Assembly: GCF_001194135.2 (NCBI RefSeq)
Contig: NC_068993.1
Span: 60,686,527-60,750,526, forward strand
Source of the DNA: Octopus bimaculoides
Taxonomy: Eukaryota
Direction of reading: 5' to 3'
Length of the DNA stretch: 64,000 nucleotides
This document shows, in pieces, positions 39,724-53,435 of this stretch. Below the pieces are notes generated by a model, which was not told the origin of the DNA, did no database searches, and saw only the letters and a list, made by a program, of their open reading frames with translations. The number at the start of each line of letters is the position of its first letter. Positions within the stretch are counted from its first letter, which is position 1. A program made the position numbers and the translations under genes.

Positions 39724-39805
39724 TTATTTGTATTATTATTGTTGTTGTTGTTTCATGCCTATTTCCTCTATCCATCTGTCCAGACCTAATGCACATATAA
39801 CCACA

Positions 39806-39940
39806 GAAACCGAGGTCAGCTTTGCCTTTTATCTTTGAAATATCGATAAAATAGGTTTGGCTGAGCAGTGGCGTCGACGTCATTGACCAGCGTCTTCCAT
39901 AAAAACACCAGGCCTTGTGCTTATATTAGAAAGGATTATT
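39806..39940 (+). mobile_element. SINE family M, 3' fragment
   Basis: ccgaggtcagctttgcctttt..tcgataaaata..gtcgacgtcattgac..ggccttgtgcttatattagaaaggatt. Confidence 0.7.
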
Positions 39941-40964
39941 ATTATTTTTAAAAAATCATTTTTAAGACACGATTAAAACTTTCTCTACTATAAGATTTGA
40001 CGTTAATTCTTGAGAAGAGTTTCGGTATTAATGTCCAAAGTGTAGCTAATCTTATGTACTGATTCTTTCCTTCGATACACATCTGCATTAGTTCCAAGAG
40101 TGCCAAGATGCTCTGAAGCTATGATTTATTATAAAACTTATATTTATCATCCGGAGAGATTTATCGCATATATAGCACAATCGGACACACAGACAAACAA
40201 ATATATACAAACATACACAGAAACAATACACACGTTTAGGCACAAAAGCACACGTATACATAGAGCTACATAGAGATATGGAATATGCCGCGCTATGCGG
40301 TGTGGAAAGAGAAAGTTTAACTCTTCTGATACAATCGTTCATTGATTTCTATGTTTTTCAAAGACTGGTGCCGGACGCATCCTTTTTCTCACAGTTTTCG
40401 TGCTGATGCACACACACACACACGCGCACGGACGCGCACATACACACACGCACACATGCACGCGCGCACACACATACACACACACGCACGCGTCGCGAAC
40501 ACACACACAAACACACGCACGCACGCATGCACACAAACGCACATATACACACACGCACATATGTACACTATAATTGCGCATACAGACTCACTATATGTAC
40601 ATATATACATACATGCATAGGTACATACGTACATACATACATACATACATACATAAATACATACATAAATACATAGACACACATACACGTATAGACATCT
40701 AAAGAAACAAACAGACATACATTCGTAAATTTATGGATAGATAGATAGAGAGAGAGAGAGACAGAGAGACAGAGAGACAGAGAGACAGAGGAAGAGACAG
40801 ATAGACAGACAGACTGACTGACTGACAGACAGGCAGGCAGGCAGACAGACAGCTAGCTAGCTAGCTAGCTAGACAGACAGATAAANNNNNNNNNNAGACA
40901 GACAGCTAGCTAGCTAGCTAGCTAGCTAGCTAGCTAGACAGACAGATAAACAGACAGACACATC

Positions 40965-41013
<49 letters not shown>

Positions 41014-42018
41014 GTAGGTAGGTAGGTAGGTAGGTAGGTAGGTAGGTAGGTAGGTAGTAGTACAAACTGTTATGGACAAGACTATGTTACTCAGAGTTTT
41101 CTGCCAAATTTAGCACTGCATTAAACATTTGTTGGATAATATATTTGATCAATTCTTGTTGAAATATTGCAAAACAAAAAAAAAAAAAATCCTTCGGCTT
41201 GAGTTGATCAACTATATTGTCTATGAATGGTTAATTAATCGCCTAATTGGGCAGGAATGTTTAAGTAACGATGCGTAATAAAACATCGTTTGCATATATG
41301 TGTATGCATGAGTGTGTGTATACATGTAAACACACACACTCACACATACACACACACACAAATACATACACGCATACAGAGAGAGAGAGAGACAGAGGGA
41401 GAGGGGGAAAGAGAGAGCCAGAGGGCAAGAACACATACAGAGTACTCTACTTTTGTACACTTGATACGCATCTTTACCAGAGATACCCGGCGTTGCACTG
41501 CTTAAAGATATGGTTTTCTTTTTTATCTCTTTGATTAATATTACATTTTTTGTAATGTGCAAAAATAGATGTTCTACACGCCATGATATATAAAGTTTTT
41601 CAGACTTTGCTTATTAATAATTTTAATTTTGCAACTTAAGATAATGCTATTTTAATGTTTTATTCTCTACATTTTCTTGTTATTCTAAAAAATATTGACA
41701 GAGAAAAGAAGAATTCTTACATAAATATGTTTTATTAAGCAGGAGCTTTGAGAGTTACATTTCAATCCAGCGATTTCATAATTTCCTGAAAAGATGTCAC
41801 CTTGCCCCATTACCTGAGATATTATTACAGATCTGACTGAGAGGGAAACATGGACGCACTGGACTAACCCTGAGAGATACGGAAGATCATTGAAGATAAC
41901 CGTGTCACTAGAAACTATATGTTTTTGAGTCACTGTGCACTCATTCAATCTGATCATCATGGCTTACCTCATAACCACTATCTACCGTAAACCCTTGCGG
42001 ATATAACCCGCAAAACTC

Positions 42019-42220
42019 AAAGGCGGTGACCTGGCAGAGTCGTTAGCACGCAGATAAAATGCTGATCGACGTTTCTTCTTGCTTCTTACGTATCGAGTAC
42101 AAACACCGCCGAGGTCGACTTTGCCTGTCATCCTTTCGCCATCGATGAAATAAGTATCAGCTGAGTCCTGGGGTCGATGTTATCGACTAGCCCCTTACCC
42201 CCAACACTTTGTCGGACTGT
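42019..42220 (+). mobile_element. SINE family M, near full-length
   Basis: aaggcggtgacctggcagagtcgttagcacg head, gaggtcgactttgcctgtcatcctttcg, ctggggtcgatgttatcgact. Confidence 0.9.
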
Positions 42221-42413
42221 TGTAACACCCACTCCGCTATAACAGTATAGTTAGTTAGACAAGTAAGACAACGACTATCTATGACCGTCTACATTGTACT
42301 CTCTACTTTATACTGACACTGACTGACAGTATTTATAATAACTAGCACATACAACTCGTTATGTGGGAAGGGTCTTCTATTATTACGATTATCCCCATAA
42401 CAAATTGGTGTCT

Positions 42414-42627
42414 AAAAGGCGGCGAGCTGGCAGAATCGTTGCTGCGCCTGGCAAAATGCTTGGCGACATTTAATCTGATATTAAGTTGAAATGCCGCCGG
42501 AGTCGACTTTACCTTTCAACCTTTCGGAGTCGATAAAATAAGTAGCTGTTAAGCACTGGGATTCGATGTCATCGACTTGCACCCACGCCCAAAATTGCTG
42601 GACTAGTGCCAAAATTTGAAATCAATA
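42414..42627 (+). mobile_element. SINE family M, near full-length
   Basis: aaggcggcgagctggcagaatcg head, gtcgactttacctttcaacctttcggagtcgataaaataag, gtgccaaaatttgaaatcaat tail. Confidence 0.9.
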
Positions 42628-43354
42628 CATATGCCGTTTATGTTCTTAATTATCTGCCAGAGAACGTCCGAAAACTAGATACCAACTTCTAAGCATTGTC
42701 CAAGCCAAATTTGGTTACCTATGAAGAAAAGCAAACAATACCAAAACAACCCATCCCCACAAATGAAGGATAGCCTAGAATAACGAAACTAGATAAAGGA
42801 AACTCACAATCGAGTATGACAGACGTGCATTCCCATCATCAGCTGCCCAACCAGATATCACTATGGTTTCGACACTACATTTTAATCCAGCAGTGTCCAT
42901 CGCATTAGAAATATAAACGCTGCCTCAGAATCCACCAAATTATTACTAAAAGTAAATACATCAGATTAAACAAATCATGATAACTTAAAGCTACAAAATT
43001 GTATCAGTAACAAAGCACTAATTCCAAAAAGGTCATTCAAACAATAACAACAAACATACACTACGAGACACTTTGCTTATTGGTTGAATTTGAGCTAAAC
43101 TTCCCGCCAAGGGCCTTTGTAACGTCAGCATCAGTAGCAGCAGTTATGTGCTGATGTGTTTGTCGCGCTGAAATTTTGACAGTTCTGTTCTGTTTTTTTT
43201 TTATGTCAGTGAAATGTCTGGGAAACGTTGGATACGGACTTAAAAACTGTTTTGTTTCAAGCCAACTGTATAATGTCAATAGGAAAAATATGAAGAATCG
43301 CAAAGGAAACCGTTAAAACTTGAGCGTGTATTTAATGAAGCATATATATGTGTG

Positions 43355-43393
<39 letters not shown>

Positions 43394-44005
43394 ACTTGTG
43401 TTTACGTATATGCATACATATGTATAAATATAAATGTCGATATTTATATATAAATTTATACATATATATANNNNNNNNNNNNNNNNNNNNNNNNNNNNNN
43501 NNNNNNNNNNNNNNNNNNNNNNNNNNNNNNNNNNNNNNNNNNNNNNNNNNNNNNNNNNNNNNNNNNNNNNNNNNNNNNNNNNNNNNNNNNNNNNNNNNNN
43601 NNNNNNNNNNNNNNNNNNNNNNNNNNNNNNNNNNNNATATATATATACGCACATGATGTGTGTGCGTGAGCGTGAGTGTATGTATATGGAAAACGAAAGG
43701 GGAACGTAACACGAGAGAATGCACTAGATATATTTCTATCTCCTTCACTTTTCCTGAATCAAGATAAAACAGGGTGGTAGAGAGAGAAAGAGAAAGACAG
43801 AGAGAGAGAGACAGAGACAGAGAGAGAGAAAGAGAGGTGAGGAGTAACTGGATGAGAAAATGGTCGAATTTATGGATGAATAATCGTTGCAGTTAGTCTT
43901 ACATTTTTACTTGATGTAAGATAAGCAAAAGTACGAATACAGGTGAGTGAATATCGACTCCACATCACTGACTCTAAACTCCATGCACTCTTTCAGTCTC
44001 TCTTT

Positions 44006-44044
<39 letters not shown>

Positions 44045-44552
44045 GCTGTTCCTGTCCTTATTTCATATACTCTCTTTCTATATATATATATATATCATCG
44101 TCTTCGTTATTCTCTATCACAACACATCACATAAAAACTACGCTTACATTTGCTATAGTCAATAAACCATCATTTTCTTCCTTCTTTCCAAATCCAGTTT
44201 CTCCAGTCGCCTTGCTCCTAAGAACGTCTTAGCTTATTTCCTACTCTAACTGCTCCTCTACATCTCTCGCTCTCTACACCTTCTTTCTCTCCCTCACACA
44301 CAATCTCTACGTCGCTTTATCTATCTCTCTATATCTCTGTCTCTCATTCTTTCTCATGCAGACGTTGTCAAGACATGCATATAACCATATAATCACATCC
44401 ACGTGCATGCTGATACAATCATAAACGACATACATCATGTGTTGACATAAACACTTTCACAAACTCTCTAACAAAACAATATGCTTCGAGAACCAGTTCC
44501 AAAAACGAATGGTTTTACACCCTCTCAACGTCAGCAATATATATACATATGT

Positions 44553-44835
44553 GCGTGGCCCAGTGGTTAGGATGTTACACTCCCGATCGCTAGGTCGTCG
44601 ATTCGAATCCCGCGGTTGTGTGTTGTATCCATGAGCAAAACACTTCATTTCACGTTGCCCCAGTCCACTCAGCTGTAAATGGCTGACCCTGTGACAGACT
44701 CGTCCTTCGATCAGTACCAATGTTTTGACTTGCTCGCCTGGCCAGTGGGTAGCATCGTTCGACTGCTAGAAACAATGCAAAAGCGTATTGTGTCCGGCGA
44801 TGTATAACCTACGATAGTCCGGATGGTCACGTGAT
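44553..44835 (+). mobile_element. tRNA-derived CORE-type SINE with family-C tail
   Basis: tggcccagtggttagg (A box), gattcgaatccc (B box), gttgtatccatgagcaaaacactt...ccagtccactcagctgtaaatgg (CORE-like), then accctgtgacagact and a tail unlike families B and D. Confidence 0.85.
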
Positions 44836-46836
44836 CATATATATATATATATCCATATATATTCACTCGTTTATTACTGTTCTTATTCTAACACATGTCC
44901 ATTGTTCGAAAATCTTCCGTCACACATCTGTGACTGCTTCAGCGGAACCTATGTCGCTTTCTTTAATGATTTGTTCTCATTCCATGTTTTTTTTTTCACT
45001 TTTGTTATATAACATGCTCGTGTTATACGCATAAAAAGTACCCACCTCAAAATGTAATGCTTAGTACCATATATTGATTATATGCAGTGATTTATTTCCT
45101 TGTAGTACTTACATGATTATGTCCAGGTCTTTATGTACAGAAGATTCATTCGAACAGTCATGTTTGATGAACGTTGTTCTATTAATTTATTGGACGTACG
45201 TGTAAATGTAAACGATGGGGGTTAAAATATTTGAAAACTCAATTAAACTTTAGTGTGGTCGTTGTCCATACACTCAACCCACCTCAGATAGTGAACAGCC
45301 GCTGAAGAATATATTACTAACCACGACGTTTAACCTCCCTCTTTCTCTTTCTCACCCACTCTATCACTTTCTCCCTCGCTCCCTATTTATCTATCTATCC
45401 ATCTCATATATATGTGCGCGCGCGTGTGTTTGTCTATGTGTGTCTCTATGGGTGCCTGAATCTGCGCATATATACATATATATGCATGTATATATAAATA
45501 CACATTTACAGATATGCAGATCTATCAATGTATTTATGTATCTTATGTATACACACACACAGAAATATATGTGTGTGTGTGTGTGTGTATACATATATAT
45601 ACAAATTTCTGTCTTAAGATGTGTATGTTATCCTTTTTTTCCCAGAGACTTATATACATATGTGTACATATATGTATAACAAATGCGAATATATATAAAT
45701 GTGTTTATTAGTATATACATGTGTGCGCACCCGTTCGTGTGAGGGCGTCTAAATGCATTTGTATTCAAAATATTATCACACTACATGTACTATAGACTCC
45801 CCTGCCACCCACCACCACCCCACAAAAAATCCACATGCATGCAATGTAGTGCTCAGGTGGACGTGTCGAAAATATGAATGATAGAGAATGATTTAGCAAC
45901 ATTGAATATAATGTGAACTTGTTAAGTATTTAAGTTAAACCTTTCATCAAATGTTAGCATAACTGACCCGAGAAAGGCATCGAAAATTGAAGATCAGGTA
46001 CAATGCAAATAAATAAAATAAACAACAAATCTAATAAAAGAGTCAAAGAAACGCATTATTAAAAGAATTAGTTGCTAAGCAAATGTGCAAAACTCGTGAA
46101 ACCGCGAAAGAAAAACTGCAAACAATATAACGTTTATAGAGAGCTTTGCTTCTATGGGCAGAGTTTCCCTATAAATATCATATTACTTGTATGTTCATTT
46201 TTACTTGTTTCGGTTTATTTATAATTTCTGTTGCTGTTGTTGTACATTTGTGATGCTGAAGAAAAATATAAAAAACAAACTTGCCAAAGTAGCCTTCCCT
46301 CGAAATGTTAGAAGTTCATGATAAGCCTTAGTTAAAGTAGATTATTCATAGATGTGTGTGCGTGTGTGTGTATGTGCGTGTACATATATACACACACAGA
46401 CAAACACATGCATACACACACGCATAAACATATACGTATATATATATGCGCATATATATATACATATGTATATATACATATACATATATATANNNNNNNN
46501 NNNNNNNNNNNNNNNNNNNNNNNNNNNNNNNNNNNNNNNNNNNNNNNNNNNNNNNNNNNNNNNNNNNNNNNNNNNNNNNNNNNNNNNNNNNNNNNNNNNN
46601 NNNNNNNNNNNNNNNNNNNNNNNNNNNNNNNNNNNNNNNNNNNNNNNNTATATATATAAAGAGCGAGAGAGAGATACACATATACGGTAGGCATAATATA
46701 TTTACTGGGTACGTCTAATTGTCTTTTGTTGTTTTACCTGCCTTTTGATCTTCGGTTTCCTTATATAACATATATATATATATATATATACGTGTGTGTG
46801 TGTGTATTTACAAGGAAAATTTCCTTGCCAAAATCC

Positions 46837-46888
<52 letters not shown>

Positions 46889-46955
46889 GGTTCTGGTAAG
46901 GTTAGGAAAATTACGCCAAATTGCCATATATACAACTAAATATAATAAACGCTCA

Positions 46956-47374
46956 TGCAGAGAAAAATAAAGGTGCCCATTGATGAACCCCTTTTGGACG
47001 AGTACAAATGTTGTATATAAATGTACCGTGCACAGAAACACAGGACCGTACGATCACAGAGGGGCATCGGTTGTTTCTTTCAAGAATCGTTACTGCAGCT
47101 TCAAGAAAATCAATAAGCGACATTCAACATCTTTGGACGATTTTGTGTGGCGACTTAAGGAAGATAAAACTAAGTATAACGTAACTTAGTTACTTTTTCT
47201 CGACAAATTGCGTGTTCGTTTCTTTTTTTATGCATCTGTATTTTTTATTTTTTTATTGATCTTCTGTATAAATGAAGTTATATCCTTTAGTCTTCTGCTT
47301 TACATGCACTGAGAAGATACTTTGCAGAACTGTTATTTTAACGAGTTATATCTTGTTATCACCCGAAAAAACAC
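46956..47374 (+). pseudogene. Penelope-like element GIY-YIG endonuclease C-terminal region (fossil)
   Basis: CREK*RCPLMNPFWTSTNVVYKCTV...SFKNRY...KRHSTSLDDFVWRLKEDKTKYNVT*, then FCFTCTEKILC and SCYHPKKH. This matches the Penelope EN pattern CNCR...CPL.G.C...NVVYKA.V...FK.RY..H...STELS.YIW.LK...C.LCL.EK...SKCRH. Confidence 0.85.
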
Positions 47375-47591
47375 ATCTACACCGTCGAATGCCCCTGAAC
47401 CAGTTGTTAAGTATCCAACCTATGAGGGATCGATGCATGATGGAGCTAAACAATTGTAGTGATTAATAAAAATCCTCGTATCTTCTATATTCTGTCTCTC
47501 GTTAACCGAATGCACAGCGAATACTGTAAAAGTGAACGTGCTTTGCCAGTAAGCTACCAGTTATAAACCACTCGATCTGTTACTTAGTATA

Positions 47592-47649
<58 letters not shown>

Positions 47650-47770
47650 TCTGCTTGTACGATGATATTTACCATGCTCGTGTTCACCTGAACGCAGCAA
47701 GATACTTTGCTACGGAACATAGATGACATGTGTGAAAACCTGTCTTTGAGTTATGTACGATGCCATCATA

Positions 47771-47817
47771 TCGTAGGACGCACATGTTTCGGCCTCATTA
47801 CGCTTCATCGGCTTCGA
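47771..47817 (-). ncRNA. Decayed type-I hammerhead ribozyme motif (probably from a Penelope LTR)
   Basis: On minus: TCGAAG-CCGATGA-AGCGT-AATG-AGGCC-GAAA-CATGTGCGTC-CTACGA. Stem I pairs 5 of 6 bp, the core has a U4->C change, stem II is two substitutions from GGCCT/AGGCC, and there is a GUC cleavage triplet. Confidence 0.55.
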
Positions 47818-47983
47818 ACACTAACTCAGTCTTCCGCTGCTTTGTAAAAACGATTGTTTTGTGTATCAGAAAGGCAAATAAGACTTTTACTGAGGTATGG
47901 ATAGTTAGTCAATCTGAAATTAACTGGAGGTGCGCGAAGCAGTCTTCAATGAAATATAGACAGACAGACAGACAGACAGACAA

Positions 47984-48034
<51 letters not shown>

Positions 48035-48696
48035 TACACATACTTATAAACACATACATATCTGTGTATGTGTGTGTGTGCATGCGTGTGTATGTGTCTG
48101 TGTCTGTGTAGAAACACACACCTATAAGTGACAGACAGACAAACAAACAAAATTATACATTTCCGCTTAAATGCACGCGCATAATAGCACAATTCGGTTA
48201 ATGGCATGCAGAAGCAATTCTTTTTTTCGCTATTTGCATTATATTATCCAAATTATGAACAAAGAGTATTGATGAAACGAAGCATATAATTGAACATTTT
48301 ATTTGATATAAATAAAAAGATTCACTAAGCTTCTGTTTGCCTGATAAGTCTTTTACGGCAGTAGTTAGTACTTCATATTTACATACAACTGTTGTCAACT
48401 CACTCAAATATAGTCAAGTTATTCACTTCAACGAAGAAAAGCGATTGTTCTTCAGATTTCTATACGATATATGTTATGTTTAACTGGACTGTACGTTCCT
48501 CCAATAAATATTTCTTCATTATAGATAGTATATGTGCAAAGCAAAAACGGGAAATGGTGCTATTGCCTCAGTGGGTGGATGGACGCCATTATCTTGTATT
48601 CATTAACGATTAGATTAGCCCGTGATTAACGGAAAACATCTTTGGAAAATTTGTGTGATTCTTATTATCAAGGAATAAACAAAGCATAGACGCAGA

Positions 48697-48990
48697 CGTG
48701 GCACCTTGGGCAAGAGTCTTCTATAACAGCCACGAGCCGACCAAATCGTTGTGAGTGGGTTTGGTGGACGAAAACTGTAAACAGTCCATCGTGTATAATG
48801 CGTGTGTGTTTGTGTGTGTATGTGCCTGTCTGTGTGTATGTGCCTGGCTGTTCGGCAAAACAGACCGATAGAATAAGTACAAGGCTTAAAAGAAGAAACA
48901 CTGGAACCGATTCATTTGACTAAAAATTCTTTAAGGCGGTTTTCCAGCATCGCCGCAGTCTAATGACGGCAACAAGTGGAAGATGGAAGA
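48697..48990 (+). mobile_element. SINE family A, 5'-truncated, diverged
   Basis: gtggcaccttgggcaagagtcttct, gccgaccaaa, cggcaaaacagaccgatagaataagtac, ggcggtttccagcat. Confidence 0.88.
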
Positions 48991-49493
48991 CAAAACGAAA
49001 TCGTTGTTGGGCAGTCATGATCAGAACGCTTTATATGGGTGCAGCATTGATATTTAAAGGATATCAAAGCGAGTTGAGAAAGCTCACTGGGGATAAGTCA
49101 AACGAGTATGCCACCATTTTATATCAAGAAAAAATTAACCTGAACCGGATTGAACCTAATCAAATTATGTATTAACCTAATTAAATTATGTATTAACACA
49201 GACTACTGAAATGGAACAGACTACTGATGTGAATTCTGGGGTTCTTTTTATATCATCGGATACATACAGCAATATTATAAGCGTATGTACTGGAGTCATA
49301 TCAAAATTTCGTAATTAGTTGCTCAAAATTTAATTTTGGTTAATATCTTATTCTAGTTAACTGTGTAAGAATTCCATTCACCATTCTGATGTTATGCAGT
49401 CTATACGTACACAAACACACACACACTTACACACGCAAACATGCACACACACATACGCACACAGATATATACATATATATGTGTACATACATG

Positions 49494-49554
<61 letters not shown>

Positions 49555-50847
49555 ATGCGCACGGACACAGCACAGACAAGCACACACACACACAAACACT
49601 GAGGAGAATATAGGGAACGAGACCGTTTCTTACATTAATTTACAATTGTTTCATGGGAATTTTGAACTCGTGAGATTTGGTGTATTATGCAATAATATAT
49701 ACAACTAAATGAAGTTGTGTGCATGTGCATGTGCCTGTATGTGCGTGCGCCAGTGTGTGTGCATCATCCCACAAGCTACAAACATACTTTCCTTCTAACC
49801 TCTTTATGCTAACATCTTACGCAACTATTTCTAGGCTTACCTACTCCACAAGTAATTATCGTTCAGCATACCTCCACCTAACCTCCACCTAACCTCCACT
49901 CAATGAAACAACTTGCCAAAGAATATATAAAGCAGAAGAACTCATTGGTGAACCTTCTCCTATATTCCTATATGTATATAAACTCATATATTTATATAAG
50001 TGTACATATATCTATCTGTGTGTGTATGTGTGTGTGCATGCATGTATATATATATATATATATATATGGACGTATATGTCTAGATAGATAGATGATAGTT
50101 AGATACATAGATAAATAGATAGGTAAACAGACAGACAGATAGATAGAAATGTATGTGTGCATATATATATATATATATATACATGCGAGTGTGTAGGTTT
50201 GTGTACATGAATACATCAGTGAGAGAAACACCCACACACACGCATGGACGTAATCTATAGAATTTTCGGAGATTTTGATACATGTAAATCACTTAATATA
50301 TTCCAGTAAACATGGAAGGAGATAGACAAAGACGTCAAAAGATTCAAAGCCACTGGCGTGAAGGTAACCATGTAGCCTTAGTTACCGAACAACATTCCAA
50401 TATCTATTACATAAAATGCATGTGATACCGTATTGCTTTCCAGTGTTACATTTAGTACATAAGAACTGAAAGTTTAACAGGAATGCGACTCCACAGTCAC
50501 CACGCCCACTATACGCACAATCAGATATTTTATCTTTAAGGAAAATGACACAGACATATTTAAATAGATTTCTTCAAATGTGCGCGTATGTAAGCTTGTG
50601 TGCGTAGGTGAGTTTGTGTGCATGTGTGAGCTTGTGTGCGTAGGTGAGTTTGTGTGCGTGTAATTATTAAAATCAAAAAAAAAATTGTTCTTAAGTTCAG
50701 CTTGTTCATAAGTTTAGTTTCTTGAGTTTAGGCGAATTGTGTCTTTGAAAGTGGAAGCTTTGATACATTGATAACAGAACATCTCACTAACTCTGGCTTA
50801 ATTGGAGGTTAGAGAAGACGAAAAATGTAGCTCAATCAATGCACACC

Positions 50848-50899
<52 letters not shown>

Positions 50900-51988
50900 T
50901 GTTTGTTTTCATGTTCAGTTATAATAAAAACAATTTTACATTGTTCTGATGGGTTACCCTAATATATTTTTGTAGAGTACAAATTTATTTTTCTGAAACA
51001 AGAATATTGTTGACAGTGACTTCAGATTTTCGGCCAGCTGAGCCATCTTAAGACTGCAGCACCGTCATATTACATAACTACGCAGAATTTCCCATTCTTT
51101 TGCTAAGTGAAAATTGTTTGATAATAACAACATGACGGTAATGGTGAATTGTATTCTATTTAATTTCTAATACGATGTAGTTTAGTAATTCGTACTTTGA
51201 AAGATGTGTTCCACAGAGGGAAATAAGTCTCAATTAACAAATCGTACTATATTTCTTGGCTTTTAAAGAAAATCACACACTATACTTAATTTTATAGAGA
51301 AGATCACTATCCAGGTACTGCCATATAAAAAATAATCATCCCATACAAATGAAACCAAGCCATGTATTTGAAACGCGAAAGAAGGAATCTTTCCTGTGTA
51401 AACATGTAGAGAGCATCTCTCTTCTTCAATTTAAAACGTTTATTAGAGCGGTAATATTCTCTATTTTCAATATAAATTGCATGAAATTTCCCTGCCATTA
51501 TGCAACTTAGATTTCTCTTCGAGACAAAATTGATTCCTTTGTCATTATGATTCTATATATATTGGACAATGATGCCGATTAAATTATATTCTAGAAGTTG
51601 AATAAATGAATAATTTATGTAAAACGAGCTTTCAAGGTGTTTTCTACGAACCCTAATAGCATTTCAGTGACAGTTGCTACATTTGCCCTTTCACCTTTGA
51701 TAGGTATAATATCTCCAAGTAGTGTAGTTCACATAGAGCTTCACTCACCAATATGTAGTGCACAGATTTTCTTTACTATTTGAAACAAAAGGAAAGCACA
51801 GGTATAGAGATACATATACACCGGCACATACATACATTTATGCACTTGTATATACACCATCATCCCCTCATATATATTTCGCTTCCACTAACTGTGAGAT
51901 ATTCTGTGTCTTTTAGCACTATAACGTTCTTAGGATCTCCTTTGGAAGAAATACCAAATGACCGTAGTTTTGAAGCATTTAACAACGC

Positions 51989-52080
<92 letters not shown>

Positions 52081-52181
52081 AATTGTTGGTGGATGTTGTG
52101 TTGAGACGTTGTATAAGACAAATATTGAATTATTGGTTCATGTGAAAGTAATGTTAGTCACACACACACACACACAGACAT

Positions 52182-52224
<43 letters not shown>

Positions 52225-52796
52225 CATATATGCAAATGTATATACTGTCATGTATACATATATACTTATATACATACATTCATGTAGAGAGTAAAGAGAA
52301 GCAGAGAGAAATAGAATGAGAGAACAGCGAGAGCAAGAGAAAGAAAGAATGAAAGAATGAATGAATGAATGAATGAAAAGAAGAGATAGAAAAAGGTATA
52401 AAAAAGATAGAGGCCAGTATTAAGATATTAATATAATTCTTATTTAAACCCCGACTTGAACCCCCCTTCTCTTTTTATTTGATTAAATGGTGGCAGAGTT
52501 TTGAAGAACAAAATGCACTCTGGGCTTTATTGATGTGTCTTTAAGAACGGAGTTGAAATCCCAACGGAGTTGAAATCCCAACGGTGTGGGTTTCTTAATT
52601 ATGTTGATTGGTTCATTATTTTATAATTAATTCAATTCATTGAAGTGACCGACAAAATGCCTGGGATTGATTACTTCGTCTGTTATTTTGGTGGTTTTTG
52701 ATTTCAGAAGAACCTGTGGCACACTTCGAATGATTAAATGAAGTCTGTACTATGTTCTCAACTTCTGATGCTTTATTTTAATATTCGGTGTTTCCT

Positions 52797-52975
52797 AAAA
52801 GGGGCTACGAGCTGGCAGAGTCGTTAGCACGCCGGACAAAATGCTTAGCAGCACCTCGTCCGTCTTTACGTTCTGCGTTCAAATTTCGCCATGATGAACT
52901 TTGACTTTCATCCCTTTTACAATCGATAACACAGACTGATTACTGACGTCGATGTAATCGATTCACCCCCTCTTC
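52797..52975 (+). mobile_element. SINE family M
   Basis: cgagctggcagagtcgttagcacgccggacaaaatgcttagc...acgttctgcgttcaaattt...gtcgatgtaatcgat. Confidence 0.9.
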
Positions 52976-53096
52976 AGAGGGATTGTCGCTGTTTGACTCC
53001 AGGTTAAGCTTGACCAAAATTGTTCCGGTAGTGATTGTCTTAAATTTTGTTTGCCTGTCACAATGTATCTACAGTAAGACATTCAGCTGTCTTTTA

Positions 53097-53173
<77 letters not shown>

Positions 53174-53224
53174 GCAGCCTATCGATGGAACGATGTATTA
53201 AAAGCTGGCACAATATTGATGCTG

Positions 53225-53435
53225 TTGCTGCTGATCTTAACCTAAGGTCATCCTTGATTGACTCGACCTATAATGTAAGACGTTCCAGCAATGGCCCTCC
53301 CAACTTTTATTTAAATATAGAGCATCCAGCACCCCGTTTTCCATTATGTTCTTTCTCTTTTAAGACGGTAAGTAATAATTTACGGAAGGTTTGCATGCTA
53401 ACTCTAGTCGGTTGAGCGACTGCATAGAGGCTTCC
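53225..53435 (+). repeat. Repeat X, diverged
   Basis: aacctaaggtcatccttgattgactcgacctat..gacgttccagcaatggccctccc (block 1) and tctagtcggttgagcgactgcatagaggcttcc (end of block 2). Confidence 0.6.

Noticed and set aside
49865-49900. Telomere-like repeat (cctccacctaa)x3
   Set aside because: The unit is 11 bp, not TTAGGG/TTAGG; it is a trivial short tandem repeat.
50307-50363. Small plus-strand exon candidate (ttccAG...GAAG|GTAACC)
   Set aside because: Short pyrimidine tract, unrecognised peptide and no consistent neighbouring exons.
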